A stretch of 32,019 nucleotides of DNA from a virus, in IMG/VR virus record IMGVR_UViG_3300035670_000871, one strand, 5' to 3'. Shown in pieces: positions 5,654 to 13,506 of the stretch (position 1 is the stretch's first letter; each line of letters begins with the position of its first letter). The position numbers and the translations under genes are program-made. The notes below the pieces were generated by a model that was given only the letters and a program-made list of their open reading frames with translations, was not told the origin of the DNA and ran no database searches.

Positions 5654-6280
5654 TCATGATTTTTTACCTTCTTTTAGTGCCAGCAAATCCTCGATCACAG
5701 CATCGCATTCAATCAAGAATTGCACTGCAAGCTCCTCGACGTTGGCGATCTCTTCATCGGTTGGCTGAAATCGCACGACAAACAAATCAAGCCCTTTTGG
5801 GAACCTCGGATCGTAAGAAACAAAGTCACACCATTTGCGCCTGGTGCAAGCAAGCTGAGCAAGCATTTGCGGTTTGTGCTCGGCAGGAACGACCTTGCTT
5901 GTCAGCCAGGTGAGGTGATTCAGAGACTCTGGGCATTTGATTTCGACAAGCCCTTCGCTGCCAATCAGACCATCTGGTGATGCGCCAAAGCCTGTGATGC
6001 TCGGATGATCGACGAACCCAGCTTGGTCGACCATCTCTTGCGCTGCGAGCTCGTAGGCAATCCTGGCATCGTTTTCTTGCTCGACTCCCCATTGCATCGC
6101 ACGATTCACAAAGACTGGTGATGGATTGCCTGTCAGCCTCTCACAGATGAGCTGCATTCGATATTTAGCTCGCTCGGCAGATTCGGTCTTGTCCTTCTTA
6201 AACGACATAGCATCTGACATGCGCGATGCAGTTAATTTGCCAAGCCTTACTGCAAACCATTCTGGTGATCGTTGTTCCAT
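5654..6280 (-). CDS. YqaJ-type (lambda-exonuclease-fold) recombination exonuclease
   Basis: The N-terminus MEQRSPEWFAVRLGKLTASRMSD is the YqaJ signature (W...R.G.iTAS). ATG at 6280 overlaps the upstream TGA by 1 nt. Paired with an annealing protein immediately upstream. Confidence 0.8.
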   Translation of the reverse strand: MEQRSPEWFAVRLGKLTASRMSDAMSFKKDKTESAERAKYRMQLICERLTGNPSPVFVNRAMQWGVEQENDARIAYELAAQEMVDQAGFVDHPSITGFGASPDGLIGSEGLVEIKCPESLNHLTWLTSKVVPAEHKPQMLAQLACTRRKWCDFVSYDPRFPKGLDLFVVRFQPTDEEIANVEELAVQFLIECDAVIEDLLALKEGKKS

Positions 6281-6855
6281 CACTTGACTCCTAATTCGGT
6301 TTTGCGTAGATCCTTGGCTTTTACAATATCAAGCCTTCTTGGGTCACCTTTTGGTAATGCCTGCTGTGCCTGCACATAAGCGGCCTGGAGCGATTCTTTG
6401 TCGGCTGCCTTAGTGATGTTGTCTAGCAGTGATTCGTAGTCCACAGCGACCGATTCTGAGCCATCCTGAGTCTTTGCTTCGATATTTGTTTCGACTTTAG
6501 GATCTGGCAGCGACTCGTCCTCATAGACATAGAGACCAAGGCCAAAGAGCGCACAGGCTTTCACCAGGCAACGCTGCATGGCTTTGTTGATGTCCATTGC
6601 ATTCGGATTCACGATCGCTTTGTTCTTGAAATCCATCACAGGCAGGTGGGCGGTCCTGGTTACTCCTTGGACGGTTAGCGAGCAATAGACCATGACGGTT
6701 TCTGCAAACCATTTTTCTTCTTCAAACTTGAAGGTTGCAGTCGGGTCTATCCGCATGATCTGATCCCAAGCGCGAGCCCAAGGCAGATATTTCATGCCTT
6801 GCTTGGTCTTGAGGTCTTTTTCTAGATTGATTTGTGCGATGTCTTGGTAGTTCAT
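6280..6855 (-). CDS. Single-strand annealing protein, Rad52-like (Sak / DUF1071-type)
   Basis: YLPWARAWDQIMRIDP...VMVYCSLTVQGVTRTAHLPVMD...NKAMQRCLVKACALFGLGLYVYEDE matches my recollection of the DUF1071/Sak family blocks. Its position next to the YqaJ exonuclease fits a two-component recombinase. Confidence 0.6.
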   Translation of the reverse strand: MNYQDIAQINLEKDLKTKQGMKYLPWARAWDQIMRIDPTATFKFEEEKWFAETVMVYCSLTVQGVTRTAHLPVMDFKNKAIVNPNAMDINKAMQRCLVKACALFGLGLYVYEDESLPDPKVETNIEAKTQDGSESVAVDYESLLDNITKAADKESLQAAYVQAQQALPKGDPRRLDIVKAKDLRKTELGVK

Positions 6856-7124
6856 AGCAAATGCCTTCCGATAGTATTCATGACTGCGACGATAGATCCC
6901 CAGAGGACAAAATAAAGCAAGCCCTTTTCGACTCGATACTTGATTGCCTCTCTGGGAAGTTTGCGAAGGAAAAAGATGTCTTGCAGCCAGAGCTGATCGC
7001 TGCTGATATGGTTTGCAAGCGGTTTGCGGTAGTTAGACGAGATTTTCACTCGATGACCTAGCGGCACTGCCACAGGGATGATCTCCCCATCTCTTATATA
7101 GAAAGCCATGTTATTTCCCATCAT
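6852..7124 (-). CDS. Hypothetical protein (90 aa; start may be the ATG at 7109)
   Basis: ATGA overlap with the downstream gene. C-terminal hydrophobic segment LLYFVLWGSIVAVM. No family recognised. Confidence 0.45.
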   Translation of the reverse strand: MMGNNMAFYIRDGEIIPVAVPLGHRVKISSNYRKPLANHISSDQLWLQDIFFLRKLPREAIKYRVEKGLLYFVLWGSIVAVMNTIGRHLL

Positions 7125-7365
7125 TTTTGTGTTGATCTAAGTAGTCGATCAGTGCTTTTATGGTCGTCATCAGCAGGGCAACCTGATGCGCGAAATAAGA
7201 GTCAATAGGCTTCATGTCGCAGAAGATCCTGCCTCCAAAGCTATCCTGAAGCATCTCGTTGCCTTCATTAAGATTGCGGCGAATCTCTGCAAGCGAAGGT
7301 GGCTTTCTAGCTGGGCAGCGTCTGCCTTGATCGCAGTCTTGATTGCAAGGTGGACAGGTTTTCAC
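7111..7365 (-). CDS. Hypothetical Cys-rich protein (84 aa)
   Basis: GTG start in a GTGA overlap with the upstream stop. The N-terminal CPPCNQDCDQGRRCP cluster suggests a metal-binding knuckle. Confidence 0.45.
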   Translation of the reverse strand: MKTCPPCNQDCDQGRRCPARKPPSLAEIRRNLNEGNEMLQDSFGGRIFCDMKPIDSYFAHQVALLMTTIKALIDYLDQHKNDGK

Positions 7366-8114
7366 TGCTCACCCCTTGCTCTGATTGCGTCTGCGTATTG
7401 CCTGCCCATGTAGAACTCGTCATCCGCAGCTTGCTCACACACCTTCGCACACGCCTCGCGCTCGCGCTCCCTGATCTGCCACTCCAACTCTTTCAGCAGG
7501 TCTTCCACGGTGTCGCCGTGTCCTGTGGCATAGCCTTGTCGCATCATCCATGCAGCCACTTTCTCACGTTCAGTTTCAATCGCTTTGTTCCAAATCGCCA
7601 TAGCCAATGCTGTGTAAGCGTTGTGTGGGCCTTTAGCGCATAGCTCCATGTCAAGGTGTGTGACGTTGCCGTCTTTGTCTACTCGCGCCCAGATTTCTGA
7701 GGTGTTGGAATGTCCCCATGTGATTTGCGGGTCTGGTAGCGGCACGCTTATGCGAAGTGCGCCGTTCTCTGGCAGCGTGTACATATAGCTGACGTTTTCT
7801 TCGTCGCGTTGGTATTGGCGGGTGTCGTCGGCATCGACTTCCTTCGGTAGCAGTTCAAAATGGTCAGCCACCTGCTGGTTCGTGTACTGACCGACATGCC
7901 CATCAGGAAATTTGACATACTGACGATCCGTTCCGCTAATGTGGATGACGCAGTACTCTTCCGTCTCTAGGCACAAGAGCCTGTCACCTCGGCGGTATTT
8001 AGGTTTCTCAAGTGCTTGGCGCAAGGCCGTTGTAACCTTTTCTAGCAAGCCAATCCATTCACGCTTACCGAGTTTGCAAAGGCCGCATATACATTCAACA
8101 GGCTCTTGTTTCAT
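7362..8114 (-). CDS. Hypothetical protein (250 aa)
   Basis: The best start is ATG 8114 (MKQEPVECICGLCK...), preceded by GGGGGA and overlapping the stop of a small upstream ORF (ATGA). The track start at 8126 is a TTG. No family recognised. Confidence 0.55.
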   Translation of the reverse strand: MKQEPVECICGLCKLGKREWIGLLEKVTTALRQALEKPKYRRGDRLLCLETEEYCVIHISGTDRQYVKFPDGHVGQYTNQQVADHFELLPKEVDADDTRQYQRDEENVSYMYTLPENGALRISVPLPDPQITWGHSNTSEIWARVDKDGNVTHLDMELCAKGPHNAYTALAMAIWNKAIETEREKVAAWMMRQGYATGHGDTVEDLLKELEWQIREREREACAKVCEQAADDEFYMGRQYADAIRARGEQ

Positions 8115-8194
8115 AGCATCCCCCAAACAATCAAGGCATAGACAAGACCGAACAACGCACCACCGGCAATAAGACTAAAGTTTGATGATTTCAT
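8111..8194 (-). CDS. Possible 27-aa hydrophobic peptide (below the ORF-track threshold)
   Basis: My own translation of the minus strand gives ATG(8194) MKSSNFSLIAGGALFGLVYALIVWGML TGA(8111). The stop overlaps the next ATG (ctATGAaa). It fills the only gap in this operon. Confidence 0.3.
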   Translation of the reverse strand: MKSSNFSLIAGGALFGLVYALIVWGML

Positions 8195-8198
8195 GGCT

Positions 8199-8549
8199 TT
8201 ACTCGCAACGTAGGACTTGGTAATGGTCACCGGCTGAGCAGCTCTTGTAAGAACCTTTCCCCCAGCGATCAGAGCACCAGGCTGTTACAGCTCCAGAAAG
8301 AGCCTTTTTGTCATGAGGCCCAAAAGGAATACAAGCAACATCTCCGATTTTTACGTCTTGCAAAAACGGCACAAAATATTTTGCATAAGTGCCAGGTGGT
8401 ACGGTGTGATGTCGTTTCTTAGGCTTTGCAGATTCCAGTTGCCCGTACTCAGTACCATCTGGAGAGATGATCTTGTACTGACAACCGGCAGCGGTTAAAA
8501 GATTCATCGCTTGATGGATCGTTTTTGTAATGATTGCTGGCTGTGTCAT
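8199..8549 (-). CDS. Hypothetical protein (116 aa), first gene of the minus-strand early operon
   Basis: Strong RBS CAGGAGAAACTATG on the minus strand. No family recognised. Confidence 0.55.
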   Translation of the reverse strand: MTQPAIITKTIHQAMNLLTAAGCQYKIISPDGTEYGQLESAKPKKRHHTVPPGTYAKYFVPFLQDVKIGDVACIPFGPHDKKALSGAVTAWCSDRWGKGSYKSCSAGDHYQVLRCE

Positions 8550-8678
8550 AGTTTCTCCTGTGTTTTGGTCTTATTAGCTTAATCCTTTTAGGCTATATGT
8601 CTAGCCCTTTTGGACTATATTTTTGATTCGTAGCATTTGTGCGACACATTCAGAAAAAAGAGCAGATAGACTTTCGGC
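8550..8678. promoter_or_regulatory. Divergent intergenic control region between the minus-strand and plus-strand early operons
   Basis: 129-bp AT-rich gap between divergent starts. 15-bp direct repeats ccttttaggctatat (8584-8598) and ccttttggactatat (8606-8620) match at 13/15 positions with a 22-bp pitch. Short inverted repeat ggcta-N6-tagcc at 8591-8606. TATAT-type -10 candidates and TTGATT at 8623-8628. Confidence 0.4.
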
Positions 8679-8996
8679 ATGGCAAAAACATCACCAACAC
8701 AGCGATCGCTTCAGCTCATGCGGGATAGAGGTTGTCTTGCAGAGGTGGTGGAGCGATGGAATCCGCACTCACGCACCAGGCACGATCTCTGGGGGTTTGT
8801 AGACATCATCTGCCTGGATGACAACCAGGTGATCGCTGTGCAATCAACCTCAAGATCCAACATGAGTGCTCGAATTCGCAAGATAGAAGAACACGAGAAC
8901 CTCGCAGCGGTCCTGAGAGCTGGCATCCAGATCGTGGTTCACGGTTGGAAGAAGGACAAAGCTGGCAAGTGGCTTGTTGACGAGTTTACTTTTTAG
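8679..8996 (+). CDS. Hypothetical protein, possibly a PD-(D/E)XK-fold nuclease (Hjc-like resolvase layout)
   Basis: The size (105 aa) and the pattern ...VVERW...DLWGFVDIICLDDNQVIAVQSTS... resemble the E / D / (D/E)xK layout of small archaeal-type resolvases. The canonical Lys is not evident. Confidence 0.3.
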   Translation: MAKTSPTQRSLQLMRDRGCLAEVVERWNPHSRTRHDLWGFVDIICLDDNQVIAVQSTSRSNMSARIRKIEEHENLAAVLRAGIQIVVHGWKKDKAGKWLVDEFTF

Positions 8997-9043
8997 GATT
9001 ATGGTTTGCGGAGTACGGCTAGGGTAGCTCCCGAAAAGCAGAT

Positions 9044-9080
9044 TCCTTCACCTGCCTGCCAATACTCCCATCGTGAAGGA
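9044..9080 (+). promoter_or_regulatory. 8-bp perfect inverted repeat in the leader of the DUF1376 gene
   Basis: tccttcac (9044-9051) and gtgaagga (9073-9080) are separated by 21 nt. The right arm lies 18 nt upstream of the ATG at 9099. Confidence 0.3.
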
Positions 9081-9098
9081 GACTTTTGAAGGAAAGTT

Positions 9099-9779
9099 AT
9101 GCACTACTACCCCCACCATATCGGGGACTTCTTGCGGGATACCGCATCACTTAGTCCAACAGAATCCTACTTTTATTTGAGGCTGATTTGGCTTTACTAC
9201 GAGTCAGAAAGCCCGTTGCCAGATGACCCAGAAGTCTTGGCTTTCAAGATAGGAGCAAGAGATCATCTCGAATCTGTTTCGCTTCTGTTGCGGACCTTTT
9301 TCAGATATGAATCGGATCTGAAATCATATCGGCATCAGAGAATTGACCTCGAGATTTCCAAGTATCAGAAGAAGGCAGCTTCTGCAAAGGTTGCGAATCG
9401 CAAACGATGGGCATCTGAAATGGATCTGAAATCAGATGCGGATCAGATCCCAACCAATAACCAAGAACCAATAACCAATATAAGTAAGCAAAAAAATAGT
9501 TTTGCAAAGCCTGATGGTGTTCCTGATGATCTTTGGCAAGACTTTAAGCAGACAAGAAAAGCCAAACGAGCACCGATAACAAAAGTTGCAATGGATGGCA
9601 TACAGAGAGAAGCAAAGTTGGCAGGCATCCATCTTGGTGATGCTTTGAGAATTGTTTGCGAAAGAGGTTGGACTAGTTTTAAAGCAGATTGGTATTTAAA
9701 CGATAAGGCGAAGCCTGCAAGCCAAAAAACGGACACAGCACCGCGCCAGCTTGATTCGATCATGAAGGGGGCTTTGTGA
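9099..9779 (+). CDS. DUF1376 / YdaU-family protein (phage replication-associated)
   Basis: The N-terminus MHYYPHHIGDFLRDTASLSPTESYFYLRLIWLYYESESPLPDD matches the conserved start of the YdaU/DUF1376 family (hYYxFHIGDYxxDTxHLSxxE.GAYLRLL..YY..E.PLP). Confidence 0.7.
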   Translation: MHYYPHHIGDFLRDTASLSPTESYFYLRLIWLYYESESPLPDDPEVLAFKIGARDHLESVSLLLRTFFRYESDLKSYRHQRIDLEISKYQKKAASAKVANRKRWASEMDLKSDADQIPTNNQEPITNISKQKNSFAKPDGVPDDLWQDFKQTRKAKRAPITKVAMDGIQREAKLAGIHLGDALRIVCERGWTSFKADWYLNDKAKPASQKTDTAPRQLDSIMKGAL

Positions 9780-10090
9780 TGGACCCAGACTTGCAAATCA
9801 TCAGAGACGCTTGCCTGGCTAATCTTTGCAAATCCATCTGGCTTGACTTCGATGGTGGTCACGAAGATCTGCTCGACATGGACCATCCCAAGGTCGATTG
9901 CAAGCAAAGAGACTGGCGGCGCATCAACTTCGGTTTTCTAAAAGGCCAGCGAGTGCATCTCATCGGAGCTGATGCTGATCGTCTTTTGCTAGCCAGAAAA
10001 CGCATCGAGCTCTTTCAACCATCTCGCATCATTGTCCATTACTGGCAAAACAGACCAGCACTTGTCTGGGATTCGGAGGTAGACGCATGA
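9779..10090 (+). CDS. Hypothetical protein (103 aa)
   Basis: ATG 9779 overlaps the upstream TGA by 1 nt. Coupled to its neighbours. Confidence 0.5.
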   Translation: MDPDLQIIRDACLANLCKSIWLDFDGGHEDLLDMDHPKVDCKQRDWRRINFGFLKGQRVHLIGADADRLLLARKRIELFQPSRIIVHYWQNRPALVWDSEVDA

Positions 10091-10284
10091 ACCAGATAGA
10101 GAGGAAGGCTATAAAAGAGGCAATAGAGGCTCTACAAGCGATTATAGATGCCAAGGCATGCCTAGACCTTCTGCAAGCAGAAAAACGCGTCAGCGAGGCT
10201 GTAATCGCTTTAGAGATGCTATTGCAAGCTGACAGCATGATCCGCAACAAACCATTTATTTCAACTGAAGGAGATCGAGCATGA
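10087..10284 (+). CDS. Hypothetical protein (65 aa)
   Basis: ATGA overlaps at both ends. Helical and coiled-coil-like. Confidence 0.45.
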   Translation: MNQIERKAIKEAIEALQAIIDAKACLDLLQAEKRVSEAVIALEMLLQADSMIRNKPFISTEGDRA

Positions 10285-10667
10285 ATAAAGTTGTACTGAT
10301 AGGCAGGGCAGGCAGCGAACCAGAGATCAGAAAAGCAGGAGATGTACCTGTTGCTAACTTCTCTTTGGCAACCTCAGAGATCCGAGGTAAAGGAGACGAT
10401 CGCAAAGAGGAAACAGAGTGGCATCGGGTCCAAGTCTGGGGCAAGCTCGCTGAAATCTGTGCAAGCTATGTTTACAAGGGTCAGCTGCTTGCGGTGGAAG
10501 GCAAGATCAAAACTCGCAAATGGAAGGACAAGGAAGGCAACGACAAACAAAGCACTGAGATTGTGGCTGAGCAAGTTCAGATGCTAAGCAAGCAAGACAA
10601 GCCTGCAAGCAAAACTCAGCCTGCCAAGCCTGAGCTCAATAACGACATCGACGACATTCCTTTTTAA
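10281..10667 (+). CDS. ssb: Single-stranded DNA-binding protein
   Basis: MNKVVLIGRAGSEPEIR...ANFSLAT...TEWHRVQVWGKLAE...YKGQLLAVEGKIKTRKW is an OB-fold SSB. It has the acidic C-terminal tail ending DDIPF. Confidence 0.92.
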   Translation: MNKVVLIGRAGSEPEIRKAGDVPVANFSLATSEIRGKGDDRKEETEWHRVQVWGKLAEICASYVYKGQLLAVEGKIKTRKWKDKEGNDKQSTEIVAEQVQMLSKQDKPASKTQPAKPELNNDIDDIPF

Positions 10668-10676
10668 GGAGCGATC

Positions 10677-11039
10677 ATGGATCTCACACAGAGGCAGAAA
10701 AACTATCTGAGCTATATCGAGAAAAGAAAAATACCACCAAGCTCACGAGACATCGCATTGCAAAACAAAGATGGACCAGACATCGCGCAGCGTACCCTGA
10801 TGTCATTGGTCAGACTTGGATTGTTAGAGTCTTTCGAGCAACGAGACCAGTGGGGTGCAAAGCGTAGGCATTACAAGGTTGCTGATCCTGATAAACCCAA
10901 GGTCGTGCGAGCAGCTCCTGCAAAGCCACAAAAAAAGGTCGAGATTTCTAGCCCAGCAAGCATTGCACTAAAAGCACAAAAGAATTCAGACGGTCCCTGC
11001 TGGCATAACCCGTTTGCAATGGGAGCAAGCCATGTATAA
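10677..11039 (+). CDS. Winged-helix DNA-binding protein
   Basis: AAGGAG RBS. LTQRQKNYLSYIEKRKIPPSSRDIA...IAQRTLMSLVRLGLLE is a wHTH (LexA-N/MarR-like) pattern. Confidence 0.5.
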   Translation: MDLTQRQKNYLSYIEKRKIPPSSRDIALQNKDGPDIAQRTLMSLVRLGLLESFEQRDQWGAKRRHYKVADPDKPKVVRAAPAKPQKKVEISSPASIALKAQKNSDGPCWHNPFAMGASHV

Positions 11040-11412
11040 AAAACGTGGACTCACTGACTTTGGCAGAGATCAGCCATTGACGCACCTGGTGGTCATGGAG
11101 CTTGCAAGGAAATCAGGCTTTGCATCCAAGCTGTATGACAAACCCTTGCAGCAGTTTGCAAAGCTGATTATCACGGCTGCCAACCCAAGACCGATCACCA
11201 AAACACAGAAGATCTATTTGCAAGCCATTGCTCAGCCAAAAACCTTGCAAGACCTTGCAAAGCAATTCGGCTGCACGACTGAAGGAGCAAGAAAGCACCT
11301 AAAAGCTCTGATCCAGCGCGGCCTGGCTGACAAAGAGATCAGGTTTCAGAAGCGATCGGGTCGTGACAAAGGAGCCTGGGCATTTCACTACATAGCAAAG
11401 GAAAAACGATGA
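11032..11412 (+). CDS. Winged-helix DNA-binding protein (paralog-like of the preceding gene)
   Basis: ATG 11032 overlaps the upstream stop. ITKTQKIYLQAIAQPKTLQDLAKQFGCTTEGARKHLKALIQRGLADK has the same TQxQKxYL...DLA...L..L...GL layout as 10677-11039. Confidence 0.5.
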   Translation: MYKKRGLTDFGRDQPLTHLVVMELARKSGFASKLYDKPLQQFAKLIITAANPRPITKTQKIYLQAIAQPKTLQDLAKQFGCTTEGARKHLKALIQRGLADKEIRFQKRSGRDKGAWAFHYIAKEKR

Positions 11413-11642
11413 GACACGATCTTCACTTGCTTTGGATCAAGCATTGCAAAGCGCATGGACTAGACCCTGGCAATCAGCACAATCTAAAACTATTTCGAGC
11501 TGGAGCTGAGGCTGAGAATGAATGCTGCGATGAGGCTATTGCCAAGCTGCACGACTTCTATCTTGAGACCGACACGGCAGCACTAGACATCATCGAGGAA
11601 TGCTCAATTGCAATCTGTGAGAGGTGGTTAGATGGACATTGA
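11409..11642 (+). CDS. Hypothetical protein (77 aa)
   Basis: ATGA coupling. No family recognised. Confidence 0.45.
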   Translation: MRHDLHLLWIKHCKAHGLDPGNQHNLKLFRAGAEAENECCDEAIAKLHDFYLETDTAALDIIEECSIAICERWLDGH

Positions 11643-11814
11643 TCGCATGGCAAGAAAAGCAATCGTGAATGACCTCATCGAGAAAACACCGGCGATGGTC
11701 AAGCAAGATATTCAAATGGAGCTTTTGCTTGAGCAAATCATCGAGCTTGAGAAAACCTCTGAGCTTTTGCTTGCGGAAGCTGAACGGATCGCCAGGAGGT
11801 TTGGATGCAGATAA
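11632..11814 (+). CDS. Hypothetical protein (60 aa)
   Basis: Overlaps both neighbours. Helical. Confidence 0.4.
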   Translation: MDIDRMARKAIVNDLIEKTPAMVKQDIQMELLLEQIIELEKTSELLLAEAERIARRFGCR

Positions 11815-12719
11815 TTCATCCTGGTGAGCTGAGAGAGGTCGAAGAGGCAGAGACGCTAACCAAGTTGCTTACGGCTGCGGACGTGATCGACGAGATGATC
11901 GAGCAGCTGCACGAACCTGAAAAGCGAGAGCAGACCTGGACGCTTCCTTGGCAAAAAACGCATCTTGATTTTAAGTTTCGAGCTGGAGAAGTGACCGTCT
12001 GGGCTGGCAGCAATGGATCAGGCAAGTCACTCATCACAGGTCAAGTGGCTTTGTCGCTGATGGACCAGGGCGCAAAGGTTTGCATCGCCAGTTTCGAGAT
12101 GAAACCCAGCAGGACCATTGCTCGCATGATGAGGCAGTTCAGCTCACGCATCGGTTATGGCGAAGATCACCTAAGAAGTTTTGCTGATCGGTACGGCGAC
12201 AAACTTTATCTTTTCGATCAGCAAGGCATGTGTCCACCGCACCAGGCAATCAACCTCTGCAAGTTTGTATCTGGCAAGCTACAGATCCAGCATGTCATGA
12301 TTGATTCGCTGATGAAGGTTGTCCGAGGCGAAGATGACTACAACGCACAGAAAGACGCAGTGGATGCGCTGACAGCGGTTGCTCGTGATACTGGGCAGCA
12401 TATCCACCTGGTGCATCACATTCGCAAGCTTAAGACCGAGGATGAGATTCCAGGGAAGTTTGATCTGCGAGGATCGAGCTCGATCACTGACCAGGTTGAC
12501 AATGTGCTGATCGTCTGGCGAAACAAACGCAAAGAGAATGACAGAAGAGAAGGCAAGATCTTTGATCCTGCTCATCCTGATGCCATGATTATTTGTGAGA
12601 AGCAGCGCAACGGCGAGACCGAACCAAGAATCGGATTATTCTTCAGTGGTGAGGGCATGAAGTATTACGAAAACCCAGTAGCAGGTGGAGGTGCATGGCA
12701 TGACCCAGAGCAATTCTGA
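11805..12719 (+). CDS. Replicative helicase / RecA-fold ATPase (DnaB C-terminal-like)
   Basis: AGGAGG RBS. Walker A at VWAGSNGSGKSLITGQ, Walker B-like at HVMIDSLMKV, then HIHLVHHIRK and ICEKQRNGE, typical of DnaB-C / AAA_25 phage helicases. Confidence 0.7.
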   Translation: MQIIHPGELREVEEAETLTKLLTAADVIDEMIEQLHEPEKREQTWTLPWQKTHLDFKFRAGEVTVWAGSNGSGKSLITGQVALSLMDQGAKVCIASFEMKPSRTIARMMRQFSSRIGYGEDHLRSFADRYGDKLYLFDQQGMCPPHQAINLCKFVSGKLQIQHVMIDSLMKVVRGEDDYNAQKDAVDALTAVARDTGQHIHLVHHIRKLKTEDEIPGKFDLRGSSSITDQVDNVLIVWRNKRKENDRREGKIFDPAHPDAMIICEKQRNGETEPRIGLFFSGEGMKYYENPVAGGGAWHDPEQF

Positions 12720-12993
12720 GATCCATTTAGATGATAAGAATCGACCTTGCAGCTGCTGCGGTACGGTTGCCCGATACTTTATGGGTTGCGGTCGTTGTCG
12801 CACCAGGGCTGCAAAATCTGAGCCTTGCAAGTTGCTGCGAGCTGCCTTAGTCGAAAACTTCGAGCGGCACTATGGACCCGTGCAAGATTGGAAAAGCGAA
12901 CCCTGTTGCGACTGCAAGACTTCCTGCAAACGCAAAGCCTATGTTGCTGAGGCTAAAGCGAAGGAGCTTTCCAAAGAGTTTTTCAGGAGGTGA
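12700..12993 (+). CDS. Hypothetical Cys-rich protein (97 aa)
   Basis: GGTGGAGG lies upstream of ATG 12700. CSCCG...GCGRC...C...CCDC...C clusters suggest a zinc-binding protein. Confidence 0.45.
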   Translation: MTQSNSEIHLDDKNRPCSCCGTVARYFMGCGRCRTRAAKSEPCKLLRAALVENFERHYGPVQDWKSEPCCDCKTSCKRKAYVAEAKAKELSKEFFRR

Positions 12994-12994
12994 G

Positions 12995-13243
12995 ATGAGC
13001 GACCCAGTAAATCATCCAAAGCATTACACACAGCACCCTTCTGGCATCGAGTGCATCCAGGTCACCGAGCATTTCAACTTCAATATTGGCAATGCAATAA
13101 AGTATCTTTGGCGGCAAGGGCTTAAGAATGACTCGCTGGAGGATCTCAAGAAAGCTCGATGGTATGTGGACAGAGAGATCAGCAGACTGAGCAAGGATCA
13201 GGTTGCAGATGGCAAACAATGGATTGAAGGTGTCAGCAAATGA
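12995..13243 (+). CDS. DUF3310-family protein
   Basis: AGGAGG, then ATG 12995. VNHPKHYTQHPSGIECIQVTEHFNFNIGNAIKYLWR...DLKKARWY is the DUF3310 signature (HP.HY.....E.i.......f..gNaiKYl.R). Confidence 0.7.
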   Translation: MSDPVNHPKHYTQHPSGIECIQVTEHFNFNIGNAIKYLWRQGLKNDSLEDLKKARWYVDREISRLSKDQVADGKQWIEGVSK

Positions 13244-13440
13244 GCAATGAACAAAGAGCAATCGTCCTTGGCGAAGTGACGGTATCGGTCAATCGTCTTA
13301 GTCGTGAGCTTACAAAGACGCAGGCAGGACTAGTTATCAACAGTCACCTAAGCCTTAGAGATCGGGCAAACATCGCGCAGCTGGCCTGCGATCTTATGAC
13401 AGAAAGCTCTCGACTGATGGCTGCGATCGTGTCAGAATGA
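13240..13440 (+). CDS. Hypothetical protein (66 aa), last gene of the replication operon
   Basis: ATGA coupling. Followed by an intrinsic terminator. Confidence 0.45.
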   Translation: MSNEQRAIVLGEVTVSVNRLSRELTKTQAGLVINSHLSLRDRANIAQLACDLMTESSRLMAAIVSE

Positions 13441-13470
13441 GTTGTCTCCTTTTTCCTCCTGTGTGGGTTT

Positions 13471-13497
13471 TCCCTTCTGTCGAAGGGAATTTTTTTT
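13471..13497 (+). terminator. Rho-independent terminator
   Basis: tcccttc-tgtc-gaaggga (7-bp perfect stem, 4-nt loop) followed by a, then eight T (13490-13497). Lies 30 nt after the stop at 13440. Confidence 0.8.
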
Positions 13498-13506
13498 GGA
13501 GGGCTC

